NCBI GenBank assembly: GCA_963850305.1
Contig: CAWKKR010000007.1
Span: forward strand, 160,001-224,000
Source: an uncultured delta proteobacterium
GTDB taxonomy: Bacteria > Myxococcota_A > Polyangia > Polyangiales > Polyangiaceae
Reading direction: 5' to 3'
Length of the DNA: 64,000 nucleotides
In this document: positions 29,573-41,560 of the stretch, piece by piece
Layout of the letters: every line of letters begins with the position of its first letter
How positions within the stretch are numbered: position 1 is the stretch's first letter
The notes under the pieces: generated by a model
Told to the model about the DNA's origin: nothing
What the model saw: only the letters and a program-made list of their open reading frames with translations
Database searches by the model: none
Position numbers and translations under genes: made by a program

Positions 29573-30007
29573 GTCCGCGAGGCGCGTCACCACGCCCCGG
29601 GCCATGATCGCGAGGACGCGCTCGACGAGCTGCGTGCGGTCCTTTGCAGCGCCGCCGAACGCGAGGTGGCTCTTGGCAATGCGACCCCTGGGGAGCCAGC
29701 CCGTGGCGTTGCACTCGACGTGCAGCACCCCGCCCTCTTCGACCTCGTCGAACTCGTCGATGCGCAGCCTGAACTCGATGTGCGCGCCGCGCCCGGCGCC
29801 CCAATCGGCGAGCCTGGCTTCCTTGACGAGCATCGCGCGGAGGTACTTCTCTTCGCCCGCGGCAAGTGGCGCGGCCGACAGATCCAGCCGATCGAGCGTG
29901 ACGACGGGGTGTCCCTTCGGAGGCACTGCGAGCTTGCCGAATGCGGGTGCCCCGAGCGCCAACAAAGAGACGACGACGGCCGGAAAGATGCCGCTGCGCC
30001 GTTTCAT
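29546..30007 (-). CDS. Hypothetical exported protein
   Basis: Signal-peptide-like N-terminus; 27-nt convergent overlap with the kinase. Confidence 0.6.
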   Translation of the reverse strand: MKRRSGIFPAVVVSLLALGAPAFGKLAVPPKGHPVVTLDRLDLSAAPLAAGEEKYLRAMLVKEARLADWGAGRGAHIEFRLRIDEFDEVEEGGVLHVECNATGWLPRGRIAKSHLAFGGAAKDRTQLVERVLAIMARGVVTRLADLERRRRGS

Positions 30008-30107
30008 GCCCGAACCCTAGGGGTGGCGCTTCGGCCGGGCAAGAAATTGGATCCCGAGAGTGGCGCTTGACGGCCAGGTTCGAGAGGGCGAAGTTGCGCT
30101 GGACGTC

Positions 30108-31787
30108 ATGTCCGCCGATCTCGCCGTCGATCAGCCGGACGTCGACGTCGTCATCATCGGCGGCGGGGTCAACGGCACGGGCGTTGCGCGGGATTGCGCC
30201 CTTCGCGGCCTGAGAGTCGCGCTGTTCGAACGCAACGACATCGCGTTCGGCGCCAGCGGCAACTCGAGCGGCATGATCCACGGTGGGCCCCGTTATCTTT
30301 CGTACGATCCCGACGTCACCTACACGTCCTGCCTCGATTCCGGGCACATCCAGCGGATTGCGCCGCATCTGCTCTTCCGGATCCCGTTCCTCATGCCCGT
30401 CGAACGCCGCCTGGGGTCCAAGGTGACGCTCCTCGGGATGGATGCCTTCTTCGATCTTTACGACAAATACCAGCCGCTGAAACACGGCAAGCCTCACGTG
30501 CTTCTCGGCGGCGAGGACGTCCGGAAGCTCGAGCCCGGCATCGCAGGCGATATCGAGGGCGGTATCAGTTTCGACGAGTGGGGAATCGACGGAGCAAGGC
30601 TGTGCATCGGCAGCGCCGTGGACGCGCGCGAAAACGACGCGGAGGTCCGGACCCACTGCACCGTGTCCGAGATTCTCCGCCGCGAAAATGGGGCGGCGTA
30701 CGGCGTACGATTCCGCGATCGCATCACCGGCGAGACGGGGCAGCGCACGGGCAGGGTCGTGGTGAATGCCACGGGGGCCTGGGCGCCCATCACGACCGCG
30801 CTCGGCGCGGTGACGTCGCGCGCGGCTCGCGTGCGGCCCGGCAAAGGCATTCACGTCTTCTACGATCGCAGACTGACGAACTTTGCGATCGCCGCGAGGG
30901 CCATCGACGGCAGACAGGTATTCCTGGAGCCCTGGCAGAACATGAGCGTCATCGGGACGACCGACGACGACTATTATGGCGATCTCGACGACTGCGTCGC
31001 CACCGCAGACGAGGTCAATTACCTGGTCCAGGCCGTCGCGCGCGTCTTCCCGGCGATCTCGACGGCGCGCGCGATCGGGACCTGGGCGGGAGTGCGCCCC
31101 ACGCTTTACGAATGGGGACCGAACGAGGACGAGCTCTCCCGCGACCATCGGATCGTCGATCACGCCGCCGACGGTGCGGACGGCCTTTACTCGATGGTCG
31201 GAGGCAAGCTCGCGAGCTATCGCCTCTTCGCCGAGGAAATGACGGACGTGATCGCGCGGCGCCTCGGAAATGGGACGCCCGGGCGCACCCAGGTAGCGCC
31301 GCTACCCGGCGGAGACGTGCAGGTCGACCCGCTTGCGCTCGCGACGTCGTTTCGCGTCGATGCCATGGTCGCGGCGCGGCTCGAATATCGTCATGGTGGC
31401 CGCGCCGAGCGCGTGCTGGAGCGCGTGAAGCAAAACCCCCCCGAGGCGGCGATCGTGTGCCCGTGCGAGCCGGTGACCGAAGCGGAGATCCGTTACGTCG
31501 TCGAGAACGAGTGGGCGAGCTCGGTGGACGACGTGTCGCGAAGAACGCGGCTCGGCCTGGGCTCGTGCGGAGGCATGCGCTGCGCCGCCCGCTGTGGTGC
31601 CATCGTCGCCGAGATGACGGAGCGATCCCCGGAACACGGCCGGCGACTTGCGTTCGACTTTCTCGACACGGCTTCGCGTCGGAGGCAGGCGACGTTGAGC
31701 CCCGTGCAGGCTCGCCAGGAGGCTCTCCAGATTGCGACGGTTCGCTCCGCGCTCGGCGTCCGTCGAGAGCGCGAGGACAGAGAATGA
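30108..31787 (+). CDS. glpA: Glycerol-3-phosphate dehydrogenase, GlpA-type with BFD-like [2Fe-2S] C-terminus
   Basis: GGGVNGTG, GASGNSSGMIHGGPRY, IGTTD, AGVRP, GGKLASYR; CPCE…RRTRLGLGSCGGMRC. Confidence 0.88.
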   Translation: MSADLAVDQPDVDVVIIGGGVNGTGVARDCALRGLRVALFERNDIAFGASGNSSGMIHGGPRYLSYDPDVTYTSCLDSGHIQRIAPHLLFRIPFLMPVERRLGSKVTLLGMDAFFDLYDKYQPLKHGKPHVLLGGEDVRKLEPGIAGDIEGGISFDEWGIDGARLCIGSAVDARENDAEVRTHCTVSEILRRENGAAYGVRFRDRITGETGQRTGRVVVNATGAWAPITTALGAVTSRAARVRPGKGIHVFYDRRLTNFAIAARAIDGRQVFLEPWQNMSVIGTTDDDYYGDLDDCVATADEVNYLVQAVARVFPAISTARAIGTWAGVRPTLYEWGPNEDELSRDHRIVDHAADGADGLYSMVGGKLASYRLFAEEMTDVIARRLGNGTPGRTQVAPLPGGDVQVDPLALATSFRVDAMVAARLEYRHGGRAERVLERVKQNPPEAAIVCPCEPVTEAEIRYVVENEWASSVDDVSRRTRLGLGSCGGMRCAARCGAIVAEMTERSPEHGRRLAFDFLDTASRRRQATLSPVQARQEALQIATVRSALGVRREREDRE

Positions 31788-32947
31788 GGGTCGCCGTCAT
31801 CGGAGGGGGCGTCGCGGGGACCGCCGCGGCCTGGGCGGCTCGTCGGGCCGGCGCGGACGTCACGGTATCCATCGATCGCGCCGGCGCGACGTCCCTCTAC
31901 TCGGGTGCGCTGGATGTCGAGCCGTGGGCAGAGGAGAGTCGTGATCAGCCCCTGGAATCCGACTTGCTCGCGTTCGCGACGGCACTCGAAGCGTGGTCGG
32001 TCGGCACGCAAAGCGCGCGCGTCGCGACGTACGAAGGCGTCGTTCGTCCCGCTCGCGGACTCGATTCCGCCTTGCTCGATCTGACCCCGCTGGCAGGTGC
32101 GGTGGTGGCCGTCGCGAGCGTGGCAGTCGATGGCTGGGATGCGGCCGCGCTCGCGCGTGCGCTCGGAAGTTCGTCATGGGCGCAATCTACGAAGACCCGG
32201 TTCGAGCCGGTGTCGATCCCCCCGCTGCTGGACCCGCCGGAAGCGCTCGCGCCGGCCTTCGACATCGCGCGCTTGCACGAAGCGCCGGAAAGCGTCGCGC
32301 GCCTGGCCGATGGACTCGCATCCGCGCGGCTGAAGCCCGACGCGTGGTTGCTCGGGCCCTGGCTCGGTACCGTCCCGGGCGTGGCGGAAAGGCTCGTCGG
32401 GCTGATGGGCAAGCCGTGTGGAGAAACGACGTCTCCGCCGGGCGGGCCCGCGGGCGCCAGGTTCGAGGCGTCCCGCGACGCGCTGTTCTCGAGCCTCGGC
32501 GTCCACCTTCGGAACGAGCACGTGAAGTCCGTGTCCCGGCGCGGCTCGCGCTTCTTCCCGATGGGCATTCCTGACGGCCGCCTCACCGCGAACGATGCCG
32601 GCTTCGACGGGGTCATCGTCGCGAGTGGTGGCATCCTCGCCGGAGGGATCGTGCTCGAACGAGGGAGCTCGTCCGCCGCGCCGTCCTTCGTGTCCGCCAT
32701 CGATGCCGGTTTCGAAATCGGGGTGGGAGGGCGATTTCTGGACCATTTCTCGTCGGTGCACGGAGTCGTTCTTCCGTCGTTCGGGATGCGGGTGCTCGAG
32801 CGACTCGGCATCCTCGCGGAAGCGTCGGTCGCGCGGGGCGGCTGCGGAGTATTCGTTGCAGGGGATTGCGTGGCGGACGAGCCCAGGACGGTGCTCGCGG
32901 CTGCGCTGTCCGGCATCACCGCCGCACGCCGGACGCTCGCGCGGTAG
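31784..32947 (+). CDS. glpB: FAD-binding protein, divergent GlpB-like
   Basis: VIGGGVAG, GATSLYSGALD, VIVASGGILAGG, FVAGD. ATGA-coupled to glpA. Confidence 0.6.
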   Translation: MRVAVIGGGVAGTAAAWAARRAGADVTVSIDRAGATSLYSGALDVEPWAEESRDQPLESDLLAFATALEAWSVGTQSARVATYEGVVRPARGLDSALLDLTPLAGAVVAVASVAVDGWDAAALARALGSSSWAQSTKTRFEPVSIPPLLDPPEALAPAFDIARLHEAPESVARLADGLASARLKPDAWLLGPWLGTVPGVAERLVGLMGKPCGETTSPPGGPAGARFEASRDALFSSLGVHLRNEHVKSVSRRGSRFFPMGIPDGRLTANDAGFDGVIVASGGILAGGIVLERGSSSAAPSFVSAIDAGFEIGVGGRFLDHFSSVHGVVLPSFGMRVLERLGILAEASVARGGCGVFVAGDCVADEPRTVLAAALSGITAARRTLAR

Positions 32948-32989
32948 CTCGCGTTGCCGCGCCCGCCGGCCTGGGGTACGAGCGAACTC

Positions 32990-35683
<2,694 letters not shown>

Positions 35684-35720
35684 GTCCACCCCCGGGCGTG
35701 CGTGTCGTTGGCGCGAGCGC

Positions 35721-37151
35721 TCACCTTCGTTGACCGAGCACGAGCCGGTACGCGGTGGCGAGCGCGACGTCCTTGCCCTTCGTCGGATCGACTGGAATTG
35801 CACTCGTGGTGCCGAGCACGTCGATGGGGGAGATGCCTCCGCCGTCAGGGCTTTCGACCGGTGCGACCGCGGCAGCCGGAGGCGCCTCGGGCCCCTCGGG
35901 GGCCAGGTGATTCTCGAGATCGCTCTCACGGCGGACCCCGAATGGCCCCGGGTCTCCGGCAGCCACGACGACGTCCGGGACGATGCCCTGCGCCTGAATC
36001 GAATGTCCGGCGGGCGTGTAGTACCGCATCGTCGTGAGCCGCATCCCAGCGCCGTCGGGTAAGTCGATGACCGATTGAACCGAGCCCTTGCCGAAGGTGC
36101 GCGCACCGACGATCGTCGCGCGCTTGGGATCTTGCATTGCTCCCGCGAGGAGCTCCGCTGCACTCGCCGTGTACTCGTTCACGAGGACGACCGCGGGCTC
36201 CCGGTGAAGCGCACCGCCGCCATGGGCGTGCACTTCGTCGACGATGTCTCCACGGTGGCGTGTCGAATAGATGACTCCGCTCGTCAGAAACTCGTCTGCG
36301 ACGGCGCTCGCTTCATCCACCAGGCCGCCAGGATCGTTCCGCAGATCGAGCAGAACGCCTCTGAATGTACCGTGAGCCTCCTGCCGCAGTTTGCCGACGG
36401 CGTCGAGGAACTCATCGTGCGTCCCGGATTGAAATTGTTTGATTCGGACGTAAGCGACGTCGCCGGCGAGGAGCTTGCCCGCGATACTCGCCACGTGAAT
36501 CACCTCGCGAGTCAGCGAAATGTGCATGACCTCGTCGGTCGGGCCCCGAACCACGGAGACGACGACTCGCGTGCCCGGCTTGCCCCGCATCACGCGCACG
36601 AGATCTTGCGTCGATTGACCCGAAACGGGCGTGCCGTCGATGGCGACGATGCGATCCCCAGAGCGAATGCCGGCGCGTTCGGCTGGCGACCCTTCGATCG
36701 GCGCGATGACGACGACGCCCCCATTTCGGAAGTCGACTTCGACGCCGACGCCACCGAACTCACCCTTCGTGTCGGCCTCGAACATCCGGTAGTCTTCGGG
36801 TGGCATGTAGGAGGAGTGCGGGTCGAGCTCGCTGACCATTCCCTTGATCGCGCCCTCCAAGAGGCGCGATCGGTCCACCGGATCGACGTACTGGTTCTCG
36901 ATCAGCACCAGGACGCGGCCCAGTTGCCGGACCAGGTCGTAAGGGCCGTCTCCCGCAACGGCGAGCTTCGCGAAAGCGCCGCCGGCGACGAACGATGCGG
37001 CGCAGAGGAAGAAAGCTCCGGGCGCGACCCATCCTCGGCCACTCTCGAACAGGCCACCCAGTCGAGGGGAGCGCCCCTTCGGTGCCGTCTTCGCGGAGGT
37101 CACTTGATGGGCGGGCTCCCGGCCATTCGTCGTCGGCAAGCTTTCGAACAT
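35721..37151 (-). CDS. ctpA: S41 carboxyl-terminal processing protease; start uncertain
   Basis: LDPHS, PDZ (GVG…SPAERAGI), DLRNDPGG, TASAAE, TFGKGSVQ, GIVPD. Confidence 0.9.
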   Translation of the reverse strand: MFESLPTTNGREPAHQVTSAKTAPKGRSPRLGGLFESGRGWVAPGAFFLCAASFVAGGAFAKLAVAGDGPYDLVRQLGRVLVLIENQYVDPVDRSRLLEGAIKGMVSELDPHSSYMPPEDYRMFEADTKGEFGGVGVEVDFRNGGVVVIAPIEGSPAERAGIRSGDRIVAIDGTPVSGQSTQDLVRVMRGKPGTRVVVSVVRGPTDEVMHISLTREVIHVASIAGKLLAGDVAYVRIKQFQSGTHDEFLDAVGKLRQEAHGTFRGVLLDLRNDPGGLVDEASAVADEFLTSGVIYSTRHRGDIVDEVHAHGGGALHREPAVVLVNEYTASAAELLAGAMQDPKRATIVGARTFGKGSVQSVIDLPDGAGMRLTTMRYYTPAGHSIQAQGIVPDVVVAAGDPGPFGVRRESDLENHLAPEGPEAPPAAAVAPVESPDGGGISPIDVLGTTSAIPVDPTKGKDVALATAYRLVLGQRR

Positions 37152-37212
37152 TATAGGATTGTTCTCGCCGTCGTCGTATGTTACCCAATGTGGCTCAGGG
37201 TAGGTCTGGTTG

Positions 37213-37431
37213 ATGGGCGATAACCAAAGCGGCACCAAGGGCAGCGACAAGCGAAAGCAGAGCCTCTACTTTCCGGAGTCGATGCTTCAGGAAATCAAGG
37301 ATGAGGCGGCGCGCCTCGATCGGTCCCTTTCGTGGATCGTCCAAAGGGCTTGGAAAATTGCCCGGCTCGAGATAAAGAAAATTCCGAGCGTGAACGATAT
37401 CGCGGACGACGAAGAGCCCGATCCGGGCTGA
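37213..37431 (+). CDS. Myxococcales small protein (TIGR04563, MXAN_4361/4362-like)
   Basis: DKRKQSLYFPESMLQEI…EAARLDRSLSWIVQRAWKIAR matches the family as I recall it; RHH-like pattern. Confidence 0.85.
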   Translation: MGDNQSGTKGSDKRKQSLYFPESMLQEIKDEAARLDRSLSWIVQRAWKIARLEIKKIPSVNDIADDEEPDPG

Positions 37432-37450
37432 GTCGGCCAAGGGGGTTCAC

Positions 37451-38149
37451 TTGCCGGAAGCGCCGGAGCCGGTCGTACTCGGCGACTTGCTGGAGCTCGT
37501 CGCGTACGACTTGCAGAGCCCGATTGCGGCGCTCGCCAACAATCTGGCATTCCTCTGGGCAACGGTGGCGGCAGCGGATCAGGATGCCCGCGATGCGCTC
37601 ACGGATAGCCTCGCGTCCTGCGACGGGCTGAGGCACATCGTCGAGAATCTGGCGGTTCTCGCGCGATCGCTCAACGGGGCGGTGCTGGTGGAGAAGACCG
37701 TGCTGGACGTCGCAGCTCTCGCAGCTGATGTCGTCGCGTCGTGTCGGACCATGGCTGAGAGCCACGAGGTGGTCATCGAGCTCGCGAGCCCAGCGGGACC
37801 GGTCCTCGTCGAGTCGTCGAGTCGCGTTGCCGTGGAGCGATCTCTGGCGAACCTGCTCCGGAATGCGATTCAGCACTCGCCCGCCCAGGCCGTCGTTCGC
37901 GTTGTCGTGCGCGGCTCGCCGTCTGCGGCTGTGCTGATAGAAGATGCCGGAGCGCCGATCCAGGGCTCTGCTCGCACGACGCTGTTTCTGGCCTCGGGTC
38001 AGCTGGAAGGGAAGATGGGCCCGCGCGGGCGTTACGGCCGGGGCCTCGGCCTCTATTGCGCGTCTCTGGCCGCCTCCGCTGGTCACGCCGCCGTCCGGGC
38101 CGTCGATCCGCCTTCTGGCACCGGAAACGCGTTCGAAATGCTGTTCTGA
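37451..38149 (+). CDS. Histidine-kinase-like protein (HisKA+HATPase), phospho-His replaced by Tyr
   Basis: H-box VAYDLQSP, N-box NLLRNAIQHS, DAG, GRGLGL. No sensor domain. Confidence 0.75.
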   Translation: MPEAPEPVVLGDLLELVAYDLQSPIAALANNLAFLWATVAAADQDARDALTDSLASCDGLRHIVENLAVLARSLNGAVLVEKTVLDVAALAADVVASCRTMAESHEVVIELASPAGPVLVESSSRVAVERSLANLLRNAIQHSPAQAVVRVVVRGSPSAAVLIEDAGAPIQGSARTTLFLASGQLEGKMGPRGRYGRGLGLYCASLAASAGHAAVRAVDPPSGTGNAFEMLF

Positions 38150-38170
38150 TCCCAGGCGGATCGCGGGGAG

Positions 38171-39352
38171 CTACGGCTGCACGATCACGGCGCCGTCCGG
38201 ATCCCGGTAGAGGATCTTTCCGGTCTCGCCCGGGCATCCCCAGCACGTACTGAAGTGTAGTCTCGGGCGGATGTAGCCGTTGTACGCGAGCGCCACGGGC
38301 CCCGGCTCATTTTCCATGATGAAGCTCGAAGCGAGCTCGTAATCGTCTTTGTCGACCACGTGAAACGCCACGACGAATGAGGTGGTGTCTCCCGAGCGTC
38401 CGGTAAGGACGAGAAACTCCGCTCCGGCAACCGGGTTCCACAAGAGCGGTGCAACGGTGAAGAAGAAGCCCTTCTTGTCACCGGGACCGCGTGCCAGCAC
38501 GGTGTCCGCGCCGTCCGGATCGCGAAAGAAGTGAACGTCCTTCGCGAGGCGCATCGTGTTCGGATTCGCCTTCAATAGCTCCGCCAGGCGCGTGGCCGTG
38601 ATCGTCGCTTGAACGAACGTCTGCCCGAGACGCGGCTCGACGACGAGTGCGGCGTTGCGCGCACCTTTGCAGCACCGAAACCCCAGCGTGTCGCTCGTCG
38701 TGGTGGGTGCTTCGCCGGAGCGCGCCGCACAACGGTGCTCGACGGCGGGGGAACCGACCGTCGCTCCGCGAACGGCCGCCCTGCGAGGAGCGTCGCCTTC
38801 GGGAACGACGTCGCTCGCCGTCCATTCTCGAAGCGCGCCGAGGCCGAGCACGTCGAACCCAGATGCACATGCGCGCGGGTTCTGCTCGCAGCGCGGGTCC
38901 CACTGATCCCCGGTCGAGTATTTACGGCTAGCAGGTCCCTTGCAGGCGCGCTCCCATTCGAGTTCGGTGCAAAGGCGCGTCCCGCGTTCCTCGCAGAGCC
39001 GCTCCGCGTCGTCGCGGGTGACGGCGGTGCGTGGAGGCAGGGACGGATCGTTCGGATACGGCAGTCGATCGATCCGAAAGGAACCGAGCTCCACCGTCGT
39101 AAGGCGCCCTTCGATCTCGGGGTGCCGGCCCGGTTCGCCCGGACGACTTCCGGCTTGGAACGAGCCTCCCGGCACGTCGACGCGCTCGCCCGCGAGGGGC
39201 GCGACAACGGGATTTACGGTGGCGGCGGTCCTCGGCACTCCCGAGGTTGACCCTGACCGGGGCGGACCCTTCCGGCACGCGACGACGAGCGACGTCGCGA
39301 ATACCGCGACGCTGAGCCGCGGCAGGGCCGACAAGATGGCCGCTTTCGACAC
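38171..39352 (-). CDS. SUMF1/FGE-sulfatase-domain lipoprotein
   Basis: Lipobox VVAC, GGSFQAG, RLCTELEWERAC, LREWT, GFRCC. Confidence 0.8.
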   Translation of the reverse strand: MSKAAILSALPRLSVAVFATSLVVACRKGPPRSGSTSGVPRTAATVNPVVAPLAGERVDVPGGSFQAGSRPGEPGRHPEIEGRLTTVELGSFRIDRLPYPNDPSLPPRTAVTRDDAERLCEERGTRLCTELEWERACKGPASRKYSTGDQWDPRCEQNPRACASGFDVLGLGALREWTASDVVPEGDAPRRAAVRGATVGSPAVEHRCAARSGEAPTTTSDTLGFRCCKGARNAALVVEPRLGQTFVQATITATRLAELLKANPNTMRLAKDVHFFRDPDGADTVLARGPGDKKGFFFTVAPLLWNPVAGAEFLVLTGRSGDTTSFVVAFHVVDKDDYELASSFIMENEPGPVALAYNGYIRPRLHFSTCWGCPGETGKILYRDPDGAVIVQP

Positions 39353-39386
39353 GAGGCTTCTATACCGTATGTCGTATCGTTCCCCC

Positions 39387-40101
39387 ATGAGCTCCCTCTT
39401 TCTCGTCCGGCACGGCCAGGCGCGGGCGTTCGATGTGGACTCCGACCGCCTATCGGATCTGGGTGCGGAGCAGGCGCGGCTCCTCGGCGAGTATTGGGCC
39501 CGCGCCGGTGTGTCGTTCGACGCCGTCTGGTCGGGTACGCTCGGTCGACAAACTCTCACTGCGGAGCTCGTCGCCGAGCAATATCGTCGGCTCGGGAAAT
39601 CCTTTCCCGACATCCACCGCGACCCGGCATGGAACGAGTACGACGCCGGTGGCGTGCTGGGCACGCTGGCTCCAAAGCTTGCCGCGAGAGAGCCGTCTTT
39701 TGCCGCGCTGGTCGAAGACTTTCAGACGCGGGCCGACCGCCCCGATCGAAACCGGTACTTCCAGCGTATGTTCGAGGTGCTCATGAAGAGCTGGGCGGAG
39801 GGGCTCGTCGCGGACGTGCAAGTCGAATCCTTCGATGCCTTTCACGAGCGCGTCCGACGCGCGTTCGACGAGATGACGTCGTCGAGTGGTAGGGGAAGGG
39901 TGGTCGTCTTCACTTCTGGAGGCCCGATCGGCGTGGGCGTGCAACGCGCGCTCGACGCGCCACCCATGTCTTCATTGCGACTCAACTGGCGTGTGAAGAA
40001 CGCATCCGTCACCGAATTCGTCTTCTCCGAAGGGCGTATCTCCCTCGAGTCGTTCAACGTCGTCGAGCACGTCGACGCGGCGCGGGAGATCCTTCCGTTG
40101 A
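39387..40101 (+). CDS. Histidine phosphatase (phosphoglycerate mutase family); likely extra G near 40084-40086
   Basis: LVRHGQA, LGRQ..TA, WNEYD, FTSGGPI, NASVT, FN…H. Removing one G gives the end …RSFR-TGA at 40099-40101. Confidence 0.8.
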
Positions 40102-40196
40102 GCCCTGACCGGGGCGGCCCCTCGTTCCCCCCGGGGCCGATCGATGGAAAGTTGGGCCGGGACGACGCGCCCGAGGCCGATATACTTTCCGCATCC

Positions 40197-40823
40197 ATGA
40201 GGCGCCGGAACGTCGGAGGCACGCAGATCGGCCCTGGCACCGTCGCACTCGTCGCCTACGAGCTGTTCGATGCCGAAGGGGAGGGGGTCGAAGCATCCGA
40301 GCCGGCCAACCCGCTGGTGCTGCTATTCGGCTACGGGCAAGCGTCCCCCGCGCTCGAGCGAGGGCTCGACGGTCTTTCGGTCGGTGACTCCCGGGAAGTG
40401 GTCTTGCCCGCGGAGGAGGCATTCGGTTCGCGGGATCCTGCGGCGATCATCGAGGTTGACCGCGCCGAACTGCCCGCGGACGTGGAGGCGGGAGATGAAT
40501 TCGAAGCCGAGCGCGACGGACGGTGCGTTCCCTTGAAGGTTCTCGAAGTCTCGACAGATACGGTCGTTCTCGACACGAATCATCCTCTCGCGGGGCAACG
40601 GGTGCGGCTACGCGTGGTGGTTCAGGCCGTTCGTCCGGCGACGGCCGAGGAGATCGAGGAAGCGACGGCGCGGATCGTCGAAACTGCGGGGCCGACGCCC
40701 GGACACTTGCTCCCGGCCGAGCAATTGCTTAGACGAGTGCGTGGCGTGTCTCCGCTGCAGCGGGAGGCGCCGGAAATGACCCCTCGCGGGTCGACTCGCT
40801 CGAAAAACAGGGAGAGCCAGTAG
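40197..40823 (+). CDS. slyD: FKBP-type peptidyl-prolyl isomerase, SlyD-like
   Basis: YEL…G, GYGQ…ALERGL, EEAFG, DTNHPLAG, VRPATAEEI. Confidence 0.85.
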   Translation: MRRRNVGGTQIGPGTVALVAYELFDAEGEGVEASEPANPLVLLFGYGQASPALERGLDGLSVGDSREVVLPAEEAFGSRDPAAIIEVDRAELPADVEAGDEFEAERDGRCVPLKVLEVSTDTVVLDTNHPLAGQRVRLRVVVQAVRPATAEEIEEATARIVETAGPTPGHLLPAEQLLRRVRGVSPLQREAPEMTPRGSTRSKNRESQ

Positions 40824-41255
40824 ATGGATGTACCGGAAAATTTCAAATTCGATGTTCGTGTTCGCGACCGCATGCTCGCGAAGGGCATCGTCTCCGATGC
40901 GGAAGTGACGAAGCACCTCGACAAAGTGGCCGACGTGCAGGGCAACCTCGACGCAATCGAGCTCGGGCAGCCGGCGCTGATGAGTGCCGAGGAGCGCGAG
41001 CGTCTCGTCGTGGCCCCTCGGCCATCCGCCGTCGTGCTCCGGCCGCTCGCGCCGGCCCCATTGTCGCCGCTCAATGCACCGAAGGCACCCGCGCTGATCG
41101 ATGACGAAGACGACATCGACGATGACGAAGACGACATCGACGATGACGAAGACGATGACGAAGACGAGGTCGACGCGGCGAAGCCAAAGGTTGCCGCAAA
41201 GGAGCCGGCCAAGCCCGAGGCCGAGCCCGCGAAGGATCGTGGAGAAGAAGAGTGA
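40824..41255 (+). CDS. Hypothetical protein with acidic tandem repeat
   Basis: FDVRVRDRML N-terminal domain; 21-bp GATGACGAAGACGACATCGAC repeats near 41100-41170; RBS present. Confidence 0.75.
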   Translation: MDVPENFKFDVRVRDRMLAKGIVSDAEVTKHLDKVADVQGNLDAIELGQPALMSAEERERLVVAPRPSAVVLRPLAPAPLSPLNAPKAPALIDDEDDIDDDEDDIDDDEDDDEDEVDAAKPKVAAKEPAKPEAEPAKDRGEEE

Positions 41256-41560
41256 GCACCAAGGCTGAAGGGACTGCGACGAGCGGCGGAATCGACGGCG
41301 ACGGTGATCTGCCGCACCTCGATTTTGCGACTTTCGTCGTATCCCTTTCGCACAGCGCACTCGTTCATCTGGGAGACGCGGCTGACCCTTCCGGCGCAGA
41401 ATCGGCGCCCAATCTCGAGCTTGCCCGCCAGACGATTGACGTGCTCGGTCTTCTCGAAGAAAAGACGCGGGGAAACCTGACGGGGGAAGAGGAGCGAATT
41501 CTGTCCCTGTCGCTCTACGACCTTCGGCTCCGGTTCGTCGAGGTGAGTAAGGCGAAGTGA
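41252..41560 (+). CDS. DUF1844 domain protein
   Basis: FATFVVSL…ALVHLG, LELARQTIDVL…LEEKTRGNL…EE…YDLRLRFV. Confidence 0.85.
   Translation: MSTKAEGTATSGGIDGDGDLPHLDFATFVVSLSHSALVHLGDAADPSGAESAPNLELARQTIDVLGLLEEKTRGNLTGEEERILSLSLYDLRLRFVEVSKAK

Noticed and set aside
30194..31783. N-terminal extension of the 917-aa ORF, and the many long antisense or alternate-frame ORFs across the window
   Set aside because: Shadow ORFs expected at high GC. They overlap well-supported genes and lack motifs.
39251..40117. 15-bp direct repeat CCCTGACCGGGGCGG flanking the phosphatase gene
   Set aside because: The first copy lies inside the SUMF1 coding region, the sequence is GC-rich and there is no mobility gene. 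Compatible with chance.
38940..40823. Apparent histidine phosphatase-SlyD fusion (627 aa)
   Set aside because: Removing one G at about 40085 gives a natural …SFR* end, and SlyD has its own ATG at 40197. Likely an indel artefact.
41097..41172. 21-bp tandem repeat as a separate element
   Set aside because: It is an in-frame Asp/Glu low-complexity tract within a CDS.
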